Shown here one piece after another: positions 29,701 through 43,109 of a stretch of 64,000 nucleotides of DNA. Each line of letters begins with the position of its first letter. Within the stretch, counting starts at the first letter, position 1. The position numbers and the translations under genes are program-made. The notes under the pieces are model-generated. The model saw nothing but the letters and a program-made list of their open reading frames with translations. It was not told the origin of the DNA and did no database searches. This stretch comes from Eledone cirrhosa (Eukaryota): the NCBI GenBank assembly GCA_964016885.1, contig OZ024740.1, forward strand, positions 295,492,001 to 295,556,000, in the 5' to 3' direction.

Positions 29701-32700
29701 AAAATGGATCACCTAAATAAAAAAGGATCCTTCCAATAAAAAATGGATCGCCTAAATAAGAAATGGATCCATCAAATAAAAAATGGATCACCTAAATAAA
29801 AATGGATCACCTAAATAAAAAGTATCCATCAAATAAAAAATGGATCACTTAAATAAAAAAGGATCCATCAAATAAAAAATGGATCACCTAAATAAAAAGG
29901 ATCCATCAAATAAAAAATGGATCACCTAATTTGAACAACAAATCAGTATAGAATAGGGTATCAGGAGAGTATATGGTAGAACAGGGATATAAATCATTTT
30001 TTATTTGATGGATCCATTTTTATTTAGGTGATCCATTTTATATTTGATGGATCCATTTTTTTATTTAGGTGATCCATTCTTTATTTAGGTGATCCATTTT
30101 TTATTTGATGGATCCTTTTTTTATTTAGGTGATACATTTTTTATTTGATGGATCCATTTTTTATATGATGGATCCTTTTTTATTTAGGTGATCCATTTTT
30201 TATTTGATGGATCCATTTTTTATTTGATGGATCCTTTTTTATTTAGGTGATCCATTTTTTATTTGATGGATCCTTTTATATTTAGGTGATCCATTTTTTA
30301 TTTGCTGGATCCATTTTTTATTTGATGGATCCTTTTTTATTTAGGTGATCCATTTTTTATTTGATGGATTCTTTTTTATTTAGGCGATGCATTTTTTATT
30401 TGATGGGTCCATTTTATTTAGGTGATCCATTTTTTATTTGATGGATCCATTTTTATTTAGGTGATCCATTTTATATTTGATGGATCCATTTTTTTATTTA
30501 GGTGATCCATTTTTTATTTAGGTGATCCATTTTTTATTTGATGGATCCTTTTTTTTATTTAGGTGATACATTTTTTATTTGATGGATCCATTTTTTATTT
30601 GATGGATCCTTTTTTATTTAGGTGATCCATTTTTTATTTGATGGATCCATTTTTTATTTGATGGATCCTTTTTTATTTAGGTGATCCATTTTTTATTTGA
30701 TAGATCCTTTTATATTTAGGTGATCCATTTTTTATTTGCTGGACCCATTTTTTATTTGATGGATCCTTTTTTATTTAGGTGATCCATTTTTTATTTGATG
30801 GATCCTTTTTTATTTAGGCGATCCATTTTTTATTTGATGGATCCATTTTTTATTTGATGGATCCTTTTTTATTTAGGTGATCCATTTTTTATTTGATGGA
30901 TCCTTTTTATTTAGGTGATCCATTTTTTATTTGATGGATTCTTTTTTATTTAGGTGATCCATTTTTTATATGATGGATCCACTTTTTATTTGATGGATCC
31001 TTTTTTATTTAGGTGATCCATTTTTTATTTGATGGATCCTTTTTTATTTAGGTGATCCATTTTTTATTTGATGGATCCTTTTTATTTAGGTGATCCATTT
31101 TATATTTGATGGATCCTTTTTTATTTAGGTGATCCATTTTTTATTTGGTGGATCCATTTTTTATTTGATGGATCCTTTTTTATTTAGGTGATCCATTTTT
31201 TATTTGATGGATCCATTTTTTATTTGATGGATCCTTTTTTATTTAGTTGATCCATTTTTTATTTGATGGATCCTTTTTTATTTAGGTGATCCATTTTTTA
31301 TTTGATGGATCCATTTTTTTATTTGATGGATCCTTTTTTATTTAGGTGATCCATTTTTTATTTGATGGATCCTTTTTTATTTAGGTGATCCATTTTTTAT
31401 TTGATGGATCCATTTTTTATTTAGTTGATCCATTTTTTATTTGATGGATCCATTTTTATTTAGGTGATCCATTTTTTATTTGATGGATCCTTTTTATTTA
31501 GGTGATCCATTTTTTATTTGATGGATCCTTTTTTATTTAGGTGATCCATTTTTTATTTAATGGATCCATTTTTTATTTGATGAATCCTTTTTTATTTAGG
31601 TGATCCATTTTTTATTTGATGGATCCTTTTGATTTATGTGATCCATTTTATATTTGATGGATCCATTTTTTATTTAGGTGATCCATTTTTTATTTAGGTG
31701 ATCCATTTTTTTATTTGATGGATCCTTTTTTATTTAGGTGATCCATTTTTTATTTGATGGATCCATTTTTTATTTGATGGATCCTTTTTTATTTAGGTGA
31801 TCCAATTTTTATTTGATGGATCCATTTTTTATTTAGGTGATCCATTTTTTATTTGATGGATCCATTTTTATTTAGGTGATCCATTCTTTATTTGATGGAT
31901 CCTTTTTTATTTAGGTGATCCATTTTTTATTTGATGGATCCATTTTTTATTTGATGGATCCTTTTTTATTTAGGTGATCCATTTTTTATTTGATGGATCC
32001 ATTTTTTATTTGATGGATCCTTTTTTATTTAGGTGATCCATTTTTTATTTGATGGATCCTTTTTTATTTAGGTGATCCATTTTTTATTTGATGGATCCAT
32101 TTTTTATTTGATGGATCTTTTTTTATTTAGGTGATCCATTTTTTATTTGATGGATCCTTTTTTATTTAGGTGATCCATTTTTTATTTGATGGATCCATTT
32201 TATTTAGGTGATCCATTTTTTATTTGATGGATCCTTTTTTATTTAGGTGATCCATTTTTTATTTGATGGATCCATTTTTTTTATTTGATCTATCCTTTTT
32301 TATTTAGGCGATCAAATAAAAAATGGATCCATCAAATAAAAAATGGATCACCTAAATAAAAAAGGATCCATCAAATAAAATATGGATCCATCAAATAAAA
32401 AATGGATTACCTAAATAAAAAAGGATCCATCAAATAAAAAATGGATCCATCAAATAAAAAATGGATCACCTAAATAAAAATGAATCCATCAAATAAAAAA
32501 TGTTTCATCTAAATAAAAAATTGGATCCATCAAATAAAAAATGGATCACCTAAATAAAAAGTATCCATCAAATAAAAAATGGATCACTTAAATAAAAAAG
32601 GATCCATCAAATAAAAAATGGATCACCTAAATAAAAAGGATCCATCAAATAAAAAATGGATCACCTAATTTGAACAACAAATCAGTATAGAATAGGGTAT

Positions 32701-35475
32701 CAGGAGAGTATATGGTAGAACAGGGATATAAATCATTTTTTATTTGATGGATCCATTTTTATTTAGGTGATCCATTTTATATTTGATGGATCCATTTTTT
32801 TATTTAGGTGATCCATTTTTTATTTAGGTGATCCATTTTTTATTTGATGGATCCTTTTTTTATTTAGGTGATACATTTTTTATTTGATGGATCCATTTTT
32901 TATATGATGGATCCTTTTTTATTTAGGTGATCCATTTTTTATTTGATGGATCCATTTTTTATTTGATGGATCCTTTTTTATTTAGGTGATCCATTTTTTA
33001 TTTGATGGATCCTTTTATATTTAGGTGATCCATTTTTTATTTGCTGGATCCATTTTTTATTTGATGGATCCTTTTTTATTTAGGTGATCCATTTTTTATT
33101 TGATGGATTCTTTTTTATTTAGGCGATGCATTTTTTATTTGATGGGTCCATTTTATTTAGGTGATCCATTTTTTATTTGATGGATCCATTTTTATTTAGG
33201 TGATCCATTTTATATTTGATGGATCCATTTTTTTATTTAGGTGATCCATTTTTTATTTAGGTGATCCATTTTTTATTTGATGGATCCTTTTTTTTATTTA
33301 GGTGATACATTTTTTATTTGATGGATCCATTTTTTATTTGATGGATCCTTTTTTATTTAGGTGATCCATTTTTTATTTGATGGATCCATTTTTTATTTGA
33401 TGGATCCTTTTTTATTTAGGTGATCCATTTTTTATTTGATAGATCCTTTTATATTTAGGTGATCCATTTTTTATTTGCTGGACCCATTTTTTATTTGATG
33501 GATCCTTTTTTATTTAGGTGATCCATTTTTTATTTGATGGATCCTTTTTTATTTAGGCGATCCATTTTTTATTTGATGGATCCATTTTTTATTTGATGGA
33601 TCCTTTTTTATTTAGGTGATCCATTTTTTATTTGATGGATCCTTTTTATTTAGGTGATCCATTTTTTATTTGATGGATTCTTTTTTATTTAGGTGATCCA
33701 TTTTTTATTTGATGGATCCATTTTTTATTTGATGGATCCTTTTTTATTTAGGTGATCCATTTTTTATTTGATGGATCCTTTTTTATTTAGGTGATCCATT
33801 TTTTATTTGATGGATCCTTTTTATTTAGGTGATCCATTTTTTATTTGATGGATCCTTTTTTATTTAGGTGATCCATTTTTTATTTGGTGGATCCATTTTT
33901 TATTTGATGGATCCTTTTTTATTTAGGTGATCCATTTTTTATTTGATGGATCCATTTTTTATTTGATGGATCCTTTTTTATTTAGGTGATCCATTTTTTA
34001 TTTGATGGATCCATTTTTTATTTGATGGATCCTTTTTTATTTAGGTGATCCATTTTTTATTTGATGGATCCTTTTTTATTTAGGTGATCCATTTTTTATT
34101 TGATGGATCCATTTTTTATTTGATGGATCCTTTTTTATTTAGGTGATCCATTTTTTATTTGATGGATTCTTTTTTATTTAGGTGATCCATTTTTTATTTG
34201 ATGGATCCTTTTTTATTTAGGTGATCCAATTTTTATTTGATGGATCCATTTTTTATTTAGGTGATCCATTTTTATTTGATGGATCTATTTTTATTTAGGT
34301 GATCCATTTTATATTTGATGGATCCATTTTTTTATTTAGGTGATCCAATTTTTTATTTGATGGATCCTTTTTTTATTTAGGTGATCCATTTTTTATTTGA
34401 TGGATCCATTTTTTATTTGATGGATCCTTTTTTATGTAGGTGATCCATTTTTTATTTGATGGATCCATTTTTTATTTGATGGATCCTTTTTTATTTAGGT
34501 GATCCATTTTTTATTTGATGGATCCTTTTTATTTAGGTGATCCATTATTTATTTGATGGATCCTTTTTTATTTAGGTGATCCATTTTTTATTTGATGGAT
34601 CCATTTTTTATTTGATGGATCCTTTTTTATTTAGGTGATCCATTTTTTATTTGATGGATCCATTTTTTATTTGATGGATCCTTTTTTATTTAGGTGATCC
34701 ATTTTTTATTTGATGGATCCTTTTTTATTTAGGAGATCCATTTTTTATTTGATGGATCCATTTTTTTATTTAGGTGATCCATTTTTTATTTGATGGACCC
34801 TTTTTTATTTAGGTGATCCATTTTTTATTTGATGGATCCTTTTTTATTTAGGCGATCAAATAAAAAATGGATCCATCAAATAAAAAATGGATCAACTAAA
34901 TAAAAAAGGATCCATCAAATAAAATATGGATCCATCAAATAAAAAATTGATTACCTAAATAAAAAAGGATCCATCAAATAAAAAATGGATCCATCAAATA
35001 AAAAATGGATCACCTAAATAAAAATGAATCCGTCAAATAAAAAATGGATCACCTAAATAAAAAAATGGATCCATCAAATAAAAAATTGATCGCCTAAATA
35101 AAAAAGGATCCTTCCAATAAAAAATGGATCGCCTAAATAAAAAAGGATCCTTCCAATAAAAAATGGACCGGCTAAATAAAAAATGGATCCATCAAATAAA
35201 AAATGGATCCATCAAATAAAAAATGGATCACCTAAATAAAAAAGGATCCATCAAATAAAAAATGGATCACCTAAATAAAAAAATGGATCCATCAAATGAA
35301 AAATGGATCACCTAATTAAAAAAATGGATCCATCAAATAAAAAATGGATCACCTAAATAAAAAAGGATCCAACAAATAAAAAATGGATCACCTACTTTAG
35401 ATAAATAAAAAATACGTCCAAGATCAACAAAAGCAGGTTGTGAAAATTCTGGTCTGCCAGTATCACTAGTCTGTA

Positions 35476-35665
35476 GCGGTGAATTGGCAGTATCAGTAGA
35501 GGGTCGTACGCCATGCTTTCCAGCAAAGTTACGTTCCTTTACGTTCTGAGTTCAAATCCCGTTGAGATTAACTTTGCCTTTCATCCTTATGGGGTCGATA
35601 AAATAAAGTACCAGTAATGCACTGGGTAATTGCTGGCCTTGTGCCAAAAGTAGAAACAATTATTA
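35476..35665 (+). mobile_element. Same SINE, island copy
   Basis: Near-identical to the other island copies. Confidence 0.88.
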
Positions 35666-36214
35666 GTAAGATCGAGAGGAATAAGACAAGTTTAAAGCAG
35701 TGTGTTTATAATATAGACTCATGTCCGAGTCATAACATGAAGGGCTTACTCTGCCACACTCTCCAGCTCGTCACAGAAAAGGCGACCATAATATATACAA
35801 GAATGGCTCTCATACATTCTTAGTGGGAATCAAATGAAAGTAGACATCCGTAAGCAATGGCGCTAACTAGTGAAATGAGTTACTCTGAGACCACATAAAA
35901 AGAAGAAATAAATAAAAAAAACATGATGTTTTATGGAAAAGTAATAAAATGTTCTTCACAAAAAATAATAAAACTCCTAGAATTCTATAACTACAGAAAT
36001 ATATGTATATACAAAGATAATATATGATATATTACAACAGGATCACAAGAACACAGCAACGATAATAATTTTCAGAATGAATATACAAAAAATAATGTAA
36101 GTTAAAACAATATGTGACATTGTTTTAACTTACATTATTTTTTGTTTTAATTATATAATATATAGTATCGTTAATTATAATATGTAATAATAATAATATA
36201 ATTTTCTATTTCAG

Positions 36215-36397
36215 AGCTCAGCTTTGGAAGAGAGGCTGCTTGCAAGTGTATGGACATATGATCGTGTGCATTCTAGCAAGAGCATGGAGGATGTGCGACA
36301 TGACTTCATTGCAAGATTCGGTAAACCAGCTCCTATGAAGAGGACGATACTGCGATGGGAGCATAAACTATTTCTCATTACTTTTGGTGGGGGGTGA
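36215..36397 (+). pseudogene. DUF4817-like transposase relic, island copy
   Basis: Near-identical to 13819-14001. Confidence 0.68.
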
Positions 36398-39300
36398 CAA
36401 GACTTTCGGACCACCTTGTACAACAAATCAGTATAGAATAGGGTATCAGGAGAGTATATGGTAGAACAGGGATATAAATCACGACTCTTGACTTCACCAC
36501 GAAATATTGAAGTTGCTAGGGTGCGGTTCCGATACTTATTTTAATTACTGATTATTGCATAATTCATTACTTCAATGAATCTGACACTTTTCTAAATTAC
36601 TATTGATTGATTCTATATGTAATAAAATAAATCTGGGAAATTTTGATTATTTTGTAATTTCGCTTTAATATCTTGATCATTTGTTAGAATAACACGTACC
36701 AACAATATACAATATATCAGTTTGGAATGCATACACATACAACCACCAAAGCAAATGTACAGTAATAAGAAAGATTAATCAGAAAGAAAAATGCACACAA
36801 AAAAAGAAAGACATGTACACTCCCACAATTATACACTACAACAGCGAATGATGATGTTTTCTTCTAAAAATAAGGATGGGAGCATGACTGTACGAGTATC
36901 ACCTCATACTTTAGTAAGACGAGCAGCTAACAATGACAAAAACTTTGTTATCAGCTGTTCGGCTTACCTGAATGTCTCCAATGCAACGTGCGGAAAGAGT
37001 AATTCACCAACTACAGTATTTCAACAACTTGCTCGGCTATAGATGCAGAATTCCCCCACATCCATATAAATTATAACACAAACTTCCTAAAGAAGTATTA
37101 TATTTTAGTTCTAATATTTCAGTGCAAAATACGACAATGCCATTCGCACAAACAATGAGATTCGTGGAGCTACAAAGCCAATTTCTTATATATCGGATCC
37201 CTGGCAAGGTAGTACAAGAGGAGGGTATTACCAGTTTAAAAGAAGCTCTACAGGAACGGAAGTGCAAACAGCTGAACTTGTCCGAGATCGCCAATTACCT
37301 ATGCACATTAGACATGTGGGCATATTTCGAACAGCTGCTTTCCGTGTGGTTTTTTCGACTTTGTATTGTTCTCAGCATTTATTATTTGAGTGATCCATTT
37401 TTTGGTTGATTGATTCAATTTTTATTTGATGGATTGATTTTTTATTTGGGTGACCCATTTTTTTTTAGATGGATCCATTTGAGTGCCGGATCAAAAACAA
37501 TAAGTGTCAGCGCCGGATTAAAAAACATAAGGATAATGCCGGATTATAACTTGTTAGTGCGGATTAAACACACAAATGATCGGTGCCAGATTAAAAATAG
37601 TAAGGTTTAGTGCCGGATTAAAATTAATAGGGCTAAGTGGCGGATTAAAAATAAGGGTCAATGCCGGATTTAAAATAATAAGTATCAGTGCCGGATTTAA
37701 AATAATAAGGGTCAGTGCTGGATTTAAACAAATAAGGATCAGTGCCAAATAAAAGAGTGTCAATGCCGGACAAAAGTGCCAGTGCCGGATTAAAAACACT
37801 ATGGATTAGTGCTAGGTTAAAATGTGTGGTGATCCATTTTTTATTTGATGGATCCATTTTTTATTTGATGGATCCTTTTTTATTTAGGTGATCCATTTTT
37901 TATTTGATGGATCCATTTTTTATTTGATGGATCCTTTTTTATTTAGGTGATCCATTTTTTATTTGATGGATCCATTTTTTATTTCTGGATCCTTTTTTAT
38001 TTAGGTGATCCATTTTTTATTTGATGGATCCTTTTTTATTTAGGTGATCCATTTTTTATTTGATGGATCCTTTTTATTTAGGTGATTCATTTTTTTATTT
38101 GATGGATCCTCTTTTATTTAGGTGATCCATTTTTTATTTGATGGATCCATTTTTTATTTGATGGATCCTTTTTTATTTAGGTGATCCATTTTTTATTTGA
38201 TGGATCCTTTTGATTTATGGGATCCATTTTATATTTGATGGATCCTTTTTTTATTTAGGTGATCCATTTTTTATTTAGGTGATCCATTTTTTATTTGATG
38301 GATCCTTTTTTATTTAGGTGATCCATTTTTTATTTGATGGATCCATTTTTTATTTGATGGATCATTTGTTATTTAGGTGATCCATTTTTTATATGATGGA
38401 TCCTTTTTTATTTCGGTGATCCAATTTTTATTTGATGGATCCATTTTTTATTTAGGTGATCCATTTTTTATTTGATGGATCCATTTTTATTTAAGTGATC
38501 CATTTTTTATTTGATGGATTCTTTTTTATTTAGGTGATCCATTTTTTATTTGATGGATCCATTTTTTATTTAGGTGATCCATTTTTTATTTGATGGATCC
38601 ATTTTTATTAAGGTGATCCATTTATTATTTGATGGATCCATTTTTTATTTGATGGATCCTTTTTTATTTAGCTGATCCATTTTTTATTTGATGGATCCAT
38701 TTTTTATTTGATGGATCCTTTTTATTTAGGTGATCCATTTTTTATTTGATGGATCCATTTTTTATTTGATGGATCCTTTTTTATTTAGGTGATCCATTTT
38801 TTATTTGATGGATCCATTTTTTATTTGATGGATCCTTTTTTTTATTTAGGTGATACATTTTTTATTTGATGGATCCATTTTTTATTTGTTGGATCCTTTT
38901 TTATTTAGGTGATCCATTTTTTATTTGATGGATCCTTTTTATTTAGGTGATCCATTTTTTATTTGATGGATCCATTTTTTATTTGATGGATCCATTTTTT
39001 ATTTGATGGATCCTTTTTATTTAGGTGATCCATTTTTTATTTGATGGATCCTTTTTTATTTAGGTGATCCATTTTTTATTTGATGGATCCTTTTTTATTT
39101 ACGTGTTCCATTTTTTATTTGATGGATCCATTTTTATTTGATGGATCCTTTTTTATTTAGGTGATCCATTTTTTATTTGATGAATCCATTTTTTATTTGT
39201 TGGATCATTTTTTATTTAGGTGATCCATTTTTTATTTGATGTAACCATTTTTATTTAGGTGATCCATTTTTTATTTGATGGATCCATTTTTTATTTGATG

Positions 39301-42187
39301 GATCCATTTTTATTTGATGGATCCTTTTTTATTTAGGTGATCCATTTTTTGTTTGATGGATCCATTTTTTATTTGATGGATCCTTTTTTATTTAGGTGAT
39401 CCATTTTTTATTTGATGGATCCTTTTTTATTTAGGTGATCCATTTTTTATTTGATGGATCCATTTTTTATTTCATGGATCCTTTTTATTTAGGTGATCCA
39501 TTTTTTATTTGATGGATCCATTTTTTATTTGATGGATCCTTTTTTTATTTAGGTGATACATTTTTTATTTGCTGGATCCATTTTTTATTTCATGGATCCA
39601 TTTTTATTTAGGTGATCGATTTTTTATTTGATGGATCCATTTTTTATTTGTTGGATCCTTTTTTATTTAGGTGATCCATTTTTTATTTGATGGATCAATT
39701 TTTTATTTGATGGATCCTTTTTATTTAGGTGATCCATTTTTTATTTGATGGATCCATTTTTTATTTGATGGATCCATTTTTTATTTGATGGATCCATTTT
39801 TTATTTGATGGATCCTTTTTATTTAGGTGATCCATTTTTTATTTGATCGATCCTTTTTTATTTAGGTGATCCATTTTTTATTTGATGGATCCTTTTTTAT
39901 TTAGGTGTTCCATTTTTTATTTGATGGATCTATTTTTATTTGATGGATCCTTTTTTATTTAGGTGATCCATTTTTTATTTGATGAATCCATTTTTTATTT
40001 GTTGGATCATTTTTTATTTAGGTGATCCATTTTTTATTTGATGTAACCATTTTTATTTAGGTGATCCATTTTTTATTTGATGGATCCATTTTTTATTTGA
40101 TGGATCCATTTTTATTTGATGGATCCTTTTTTATTTAGGTGATCCATTTTTTGTTTGATGGATCCATTTTTATTTGATGGATCCTTTTTTATTTAGGTGA
40201 TTCATTTTTTATTTGATGGATCCTTTTTTATTTAGGTGATCCATTTTTTATTTGATGGATCCATTTTTTATTTGATGGATCCTTTTTTATTTAGGTGATC
40301 CATTTTTTATTTGACGGATCCTTTTTTATTTAGGTGATCCATTTTTTATTTGATGGATCCTTTTTTATTTAGGTGATCCATTTTTTATTTGATGGATCCA
40401 TTTTTTATTTGATGGATCCTTTTTTATTTAGGTGATCCATTTTTTATTTGATGAATCCATTTTTTATTTGATGGATCCTTTTTTATTTAGGTGATCCATT
40501 TTTTATTTGATGGATCCATTTTTTATTTGATGGATCCATTTTTTATTTGATGGATCCTTTTTTATTTAGGTGATCCATTTTTTATTTGATGGATCCATTT
40601 TTTATTTGATGGATCCTTTTTTATTTAGGTGATCCATTTTTCATTTGATGGATCCTTTTTTATTTAGGTGATTCATTTTTTATTTGATGGATCCATTTTT
40701 TATTTGATGGATCCTTTTTTATTTAGGTGATCCATTTTTTATTTGATGGATCCTTTTTATTTAGGTGATCCATTTTTTATTTGATGGATCCTTTTTTATT
40801 TAGGTGATCCATTTTTTATTTGATGGATCCATTTTTTATTTGATGGATCCTTTTTTATTTAGGTGATCCATTTTTTATTTGATGGATCCATTTTTTATTT
40901 GATGGATCCTTTTTTATTTGATGGATCCTTTTTTATTTAGGTGATCCATTTTTCATTTGATGGATCCTTTTTTATTTAGGTGATCCATTTTTTATTTGAT
41001 GGATCCTTTTTATTTAGGTGATCCATTTTTTATTTGATGGATCCATTTTTTATTTGATGGATCCTTTTTTATTTAGGTGATCCATTTTTTATTTGATGGA
41101 TTCTTTTTTATTTAGGTGATCCATTTTTTATTTGATGGATCCATTTTTTTTATTTAGGTGATCCATTTTTAATTTGATGGATCCATTTTTATTTAGGTGA
41201 TCCATTTTTTTATTTGATGGATCCTTTTTTATTTAGGTGATCCATTTTTATTTCATGGATCCATTTTTTATTTGATGGATCCTTTTTATTTAGGTGATCC
41301 ATTTTTTATTTGATGGATCCATTTTTTATTTGATGGATCCTTTTTTTATTTAGGTGATCCATTTTTTATTTGATGGATCCATTTTTTATTTGATGGATCC
41401 TTTTTTATTTAGGCGATCAAATCAAAAATGGATCACGTAAATAAAAAAGGATCCATCAAATAAAAAATGGATCCATCAAATAAAAAATGGATCACCTAAA
41501 TAAAAAAGGATCCATCAAATAAAAAATTGATCCAGCAAATAAAAAATGGATTACCTAAATAGAAAAGGATCCATCAAATAAAAAATGCATCCATCAAATA
41601 AAAAATGAATCACCTAAATAAAAATGGATCCATCAAATAAAAAATGGATCACCTAAATAAAAAAAGATCCATCAAATAAAAAATGGATCCATCAAATAAA
41701 GAATGGATCACCTAAATAAAAATGGATCCATCAAATAAAAAATGGATCACCTAAATAAAAATGGATCACCTAAATAAAAAGGATCCATCAAATAAAAAAT
41801 GGATCACCTAAATAAAAAAGGATCCATCAAATAAAAAATGGATCACCTAAATAAAAAGGATCCATTAAATAAAAAATGGATCACCTAATTAAAAATGGAT
41901 CCATCAAATAAAAAATGGATCACCTAAATAACAAAATGGATCCATCAAATAAAAAATGGATCACCTAAATAAAAAAATGGATCCATCAAATAAAAAATGG
42001 ATCACCTAAATAAAAACGGATCCATCAAATAAAAAATGGATCCATCAAATAAAAAATGGATCACCTAAATAAAAAAGGATCCATCAAATAAAAAATGGAG
42101 CACCTACTTTAGATAAATAAAAAATACGTCCAAGATCAACAAAAGCAGGTTGTGAAAATTCTGGTCTGCCAGTATCACTAGTCTGTA

Positions 42188-42377
42188 GCGGTGAATTGGC
42201 AGTATGAGTAGAGGGTCGTACGCCATGCTTTCCAGCATAGTTACGTTCCTTCACGTTCTGAGTTCAAATCCCGTTGAGATTAACTTTGCCTTTCATCCTT
42301 ATGGGGTCGATAAAATAAAGTACCAGTAATGCACTGGGCAATTGCTGGCCTTGTGCCAAAAGTAGAAACAATTATTA
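42188..42377 (+). mobile_element. Same SINE, island copy
   Basis: Near-identical to the other island copies. Confidence 0.88.
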
Positions 42378-42926
42378 GTAAGATCGAGAGGAATAAGATA
42401 AGTTTAAAGCAGTGTGTTTATAATATAAACTCATGTCCGAGTCATAACATGAAGGGCTTACTCTGCACACTCTCCAGCTCGTCACAGAAAAGGCGACCAT
42501 AATATATACAAGAATGGCTCTCATACATTCTTAGTGGGAATCAAATGAAAGTAGACATCCGTAAGCAATGGCGCTAACTAGTGAAATGAGTTACTCTGAG
42601 ACCACATAAAAAGAAGAAATAAATAAAAAAACATGATGTTTTATGGAAAAGTAATAAAATGTTCTTCACAAAAAATAATAAAACTCCTAGAATTCTATAA
42701 CTACAGAAATATATGTATATACAAAGATAATAAATGATATATTACAACAGGATCACAAGAACACAGCAACAATAATAATTTTCAGAATGAATATACAAAA
42801 AATAATGTAAGTTAAAACAATATGTGACATATTGTTTTAACTTACATTATTTTTTGTTTTAATTTTATAATATATAGTATTGTTAATTATAATATGTAAT
42901 AATAATAATATAATTTTCTATTTCAG

Positions 42927-43109
42927 AGCTCAGCTTTGGAAGAGAGGCTGCTTGCAAGTGTATGGACATATGATCGTGTGCATTCTAGCAAGAACATGGA
43001 GGATGTGCGACATGACTTCATTGCAAGATTCGGTAAACCAGCTCCTATGAAGAGGACGATACTGCGATGGGAACATAAACTATTTCTCATTACTTTTGGT
43101 AGGGGGTGA
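42927..43109 (+). pseudogene. DUF4817-like transposase relic, terminal island copy
   Basis: Near-identical to 13819-14001. Confidence 0.68.

Larger units (their letters stand above)
12777..32309 (+). repeat. Near-identical ~9.7 kb higher-order tandem duplication (12777-22512 and 22513-32309)
   Basis: Island ORFs recur at a constant 9736 bp offset (13220/22956, 13815/23551, 14452/24188) with identical translations. Private satellite variants such as tatctagctgatcc...ctttgtattaaggtgaacc recur at ~17151 and ~26888. Confidence 0.92.
35394..37827 (+). repeat. Full island copy, slightly diverged
   Basis: Same ends and content, with scattered substitutions and indels. Confidence 0.95.
1..42105. 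repeat. GATC(C) satellite array, 19-20 bp monomers (GATGGATCCATTTTTTATTT, GATGGATCCTTTTTTATTT, AGGTGATCCATTTTTTATTT) in alternating orientations, interrupted by island and spacer cores
   Basis: Directly visible tandem monomers. T-rich and A-rich blocks are reverse complements. The array is already running at base 1. Confidence 0.98.

Noticed and set aside
1-34853. CRISPR-like repeat/spacer array
   Set aside because: Monomers abut without unique spacers, the only spacer is the same ~63 bp each time, no cas genes are present and the context is eukaryotic.
300-41414. Telomeric repeat (TTAGG occurs in the AGGT monomer)
   Set aside because: TTAGG is isolated once per ~39-59 bp, never tandem, and occurs in both orientations.
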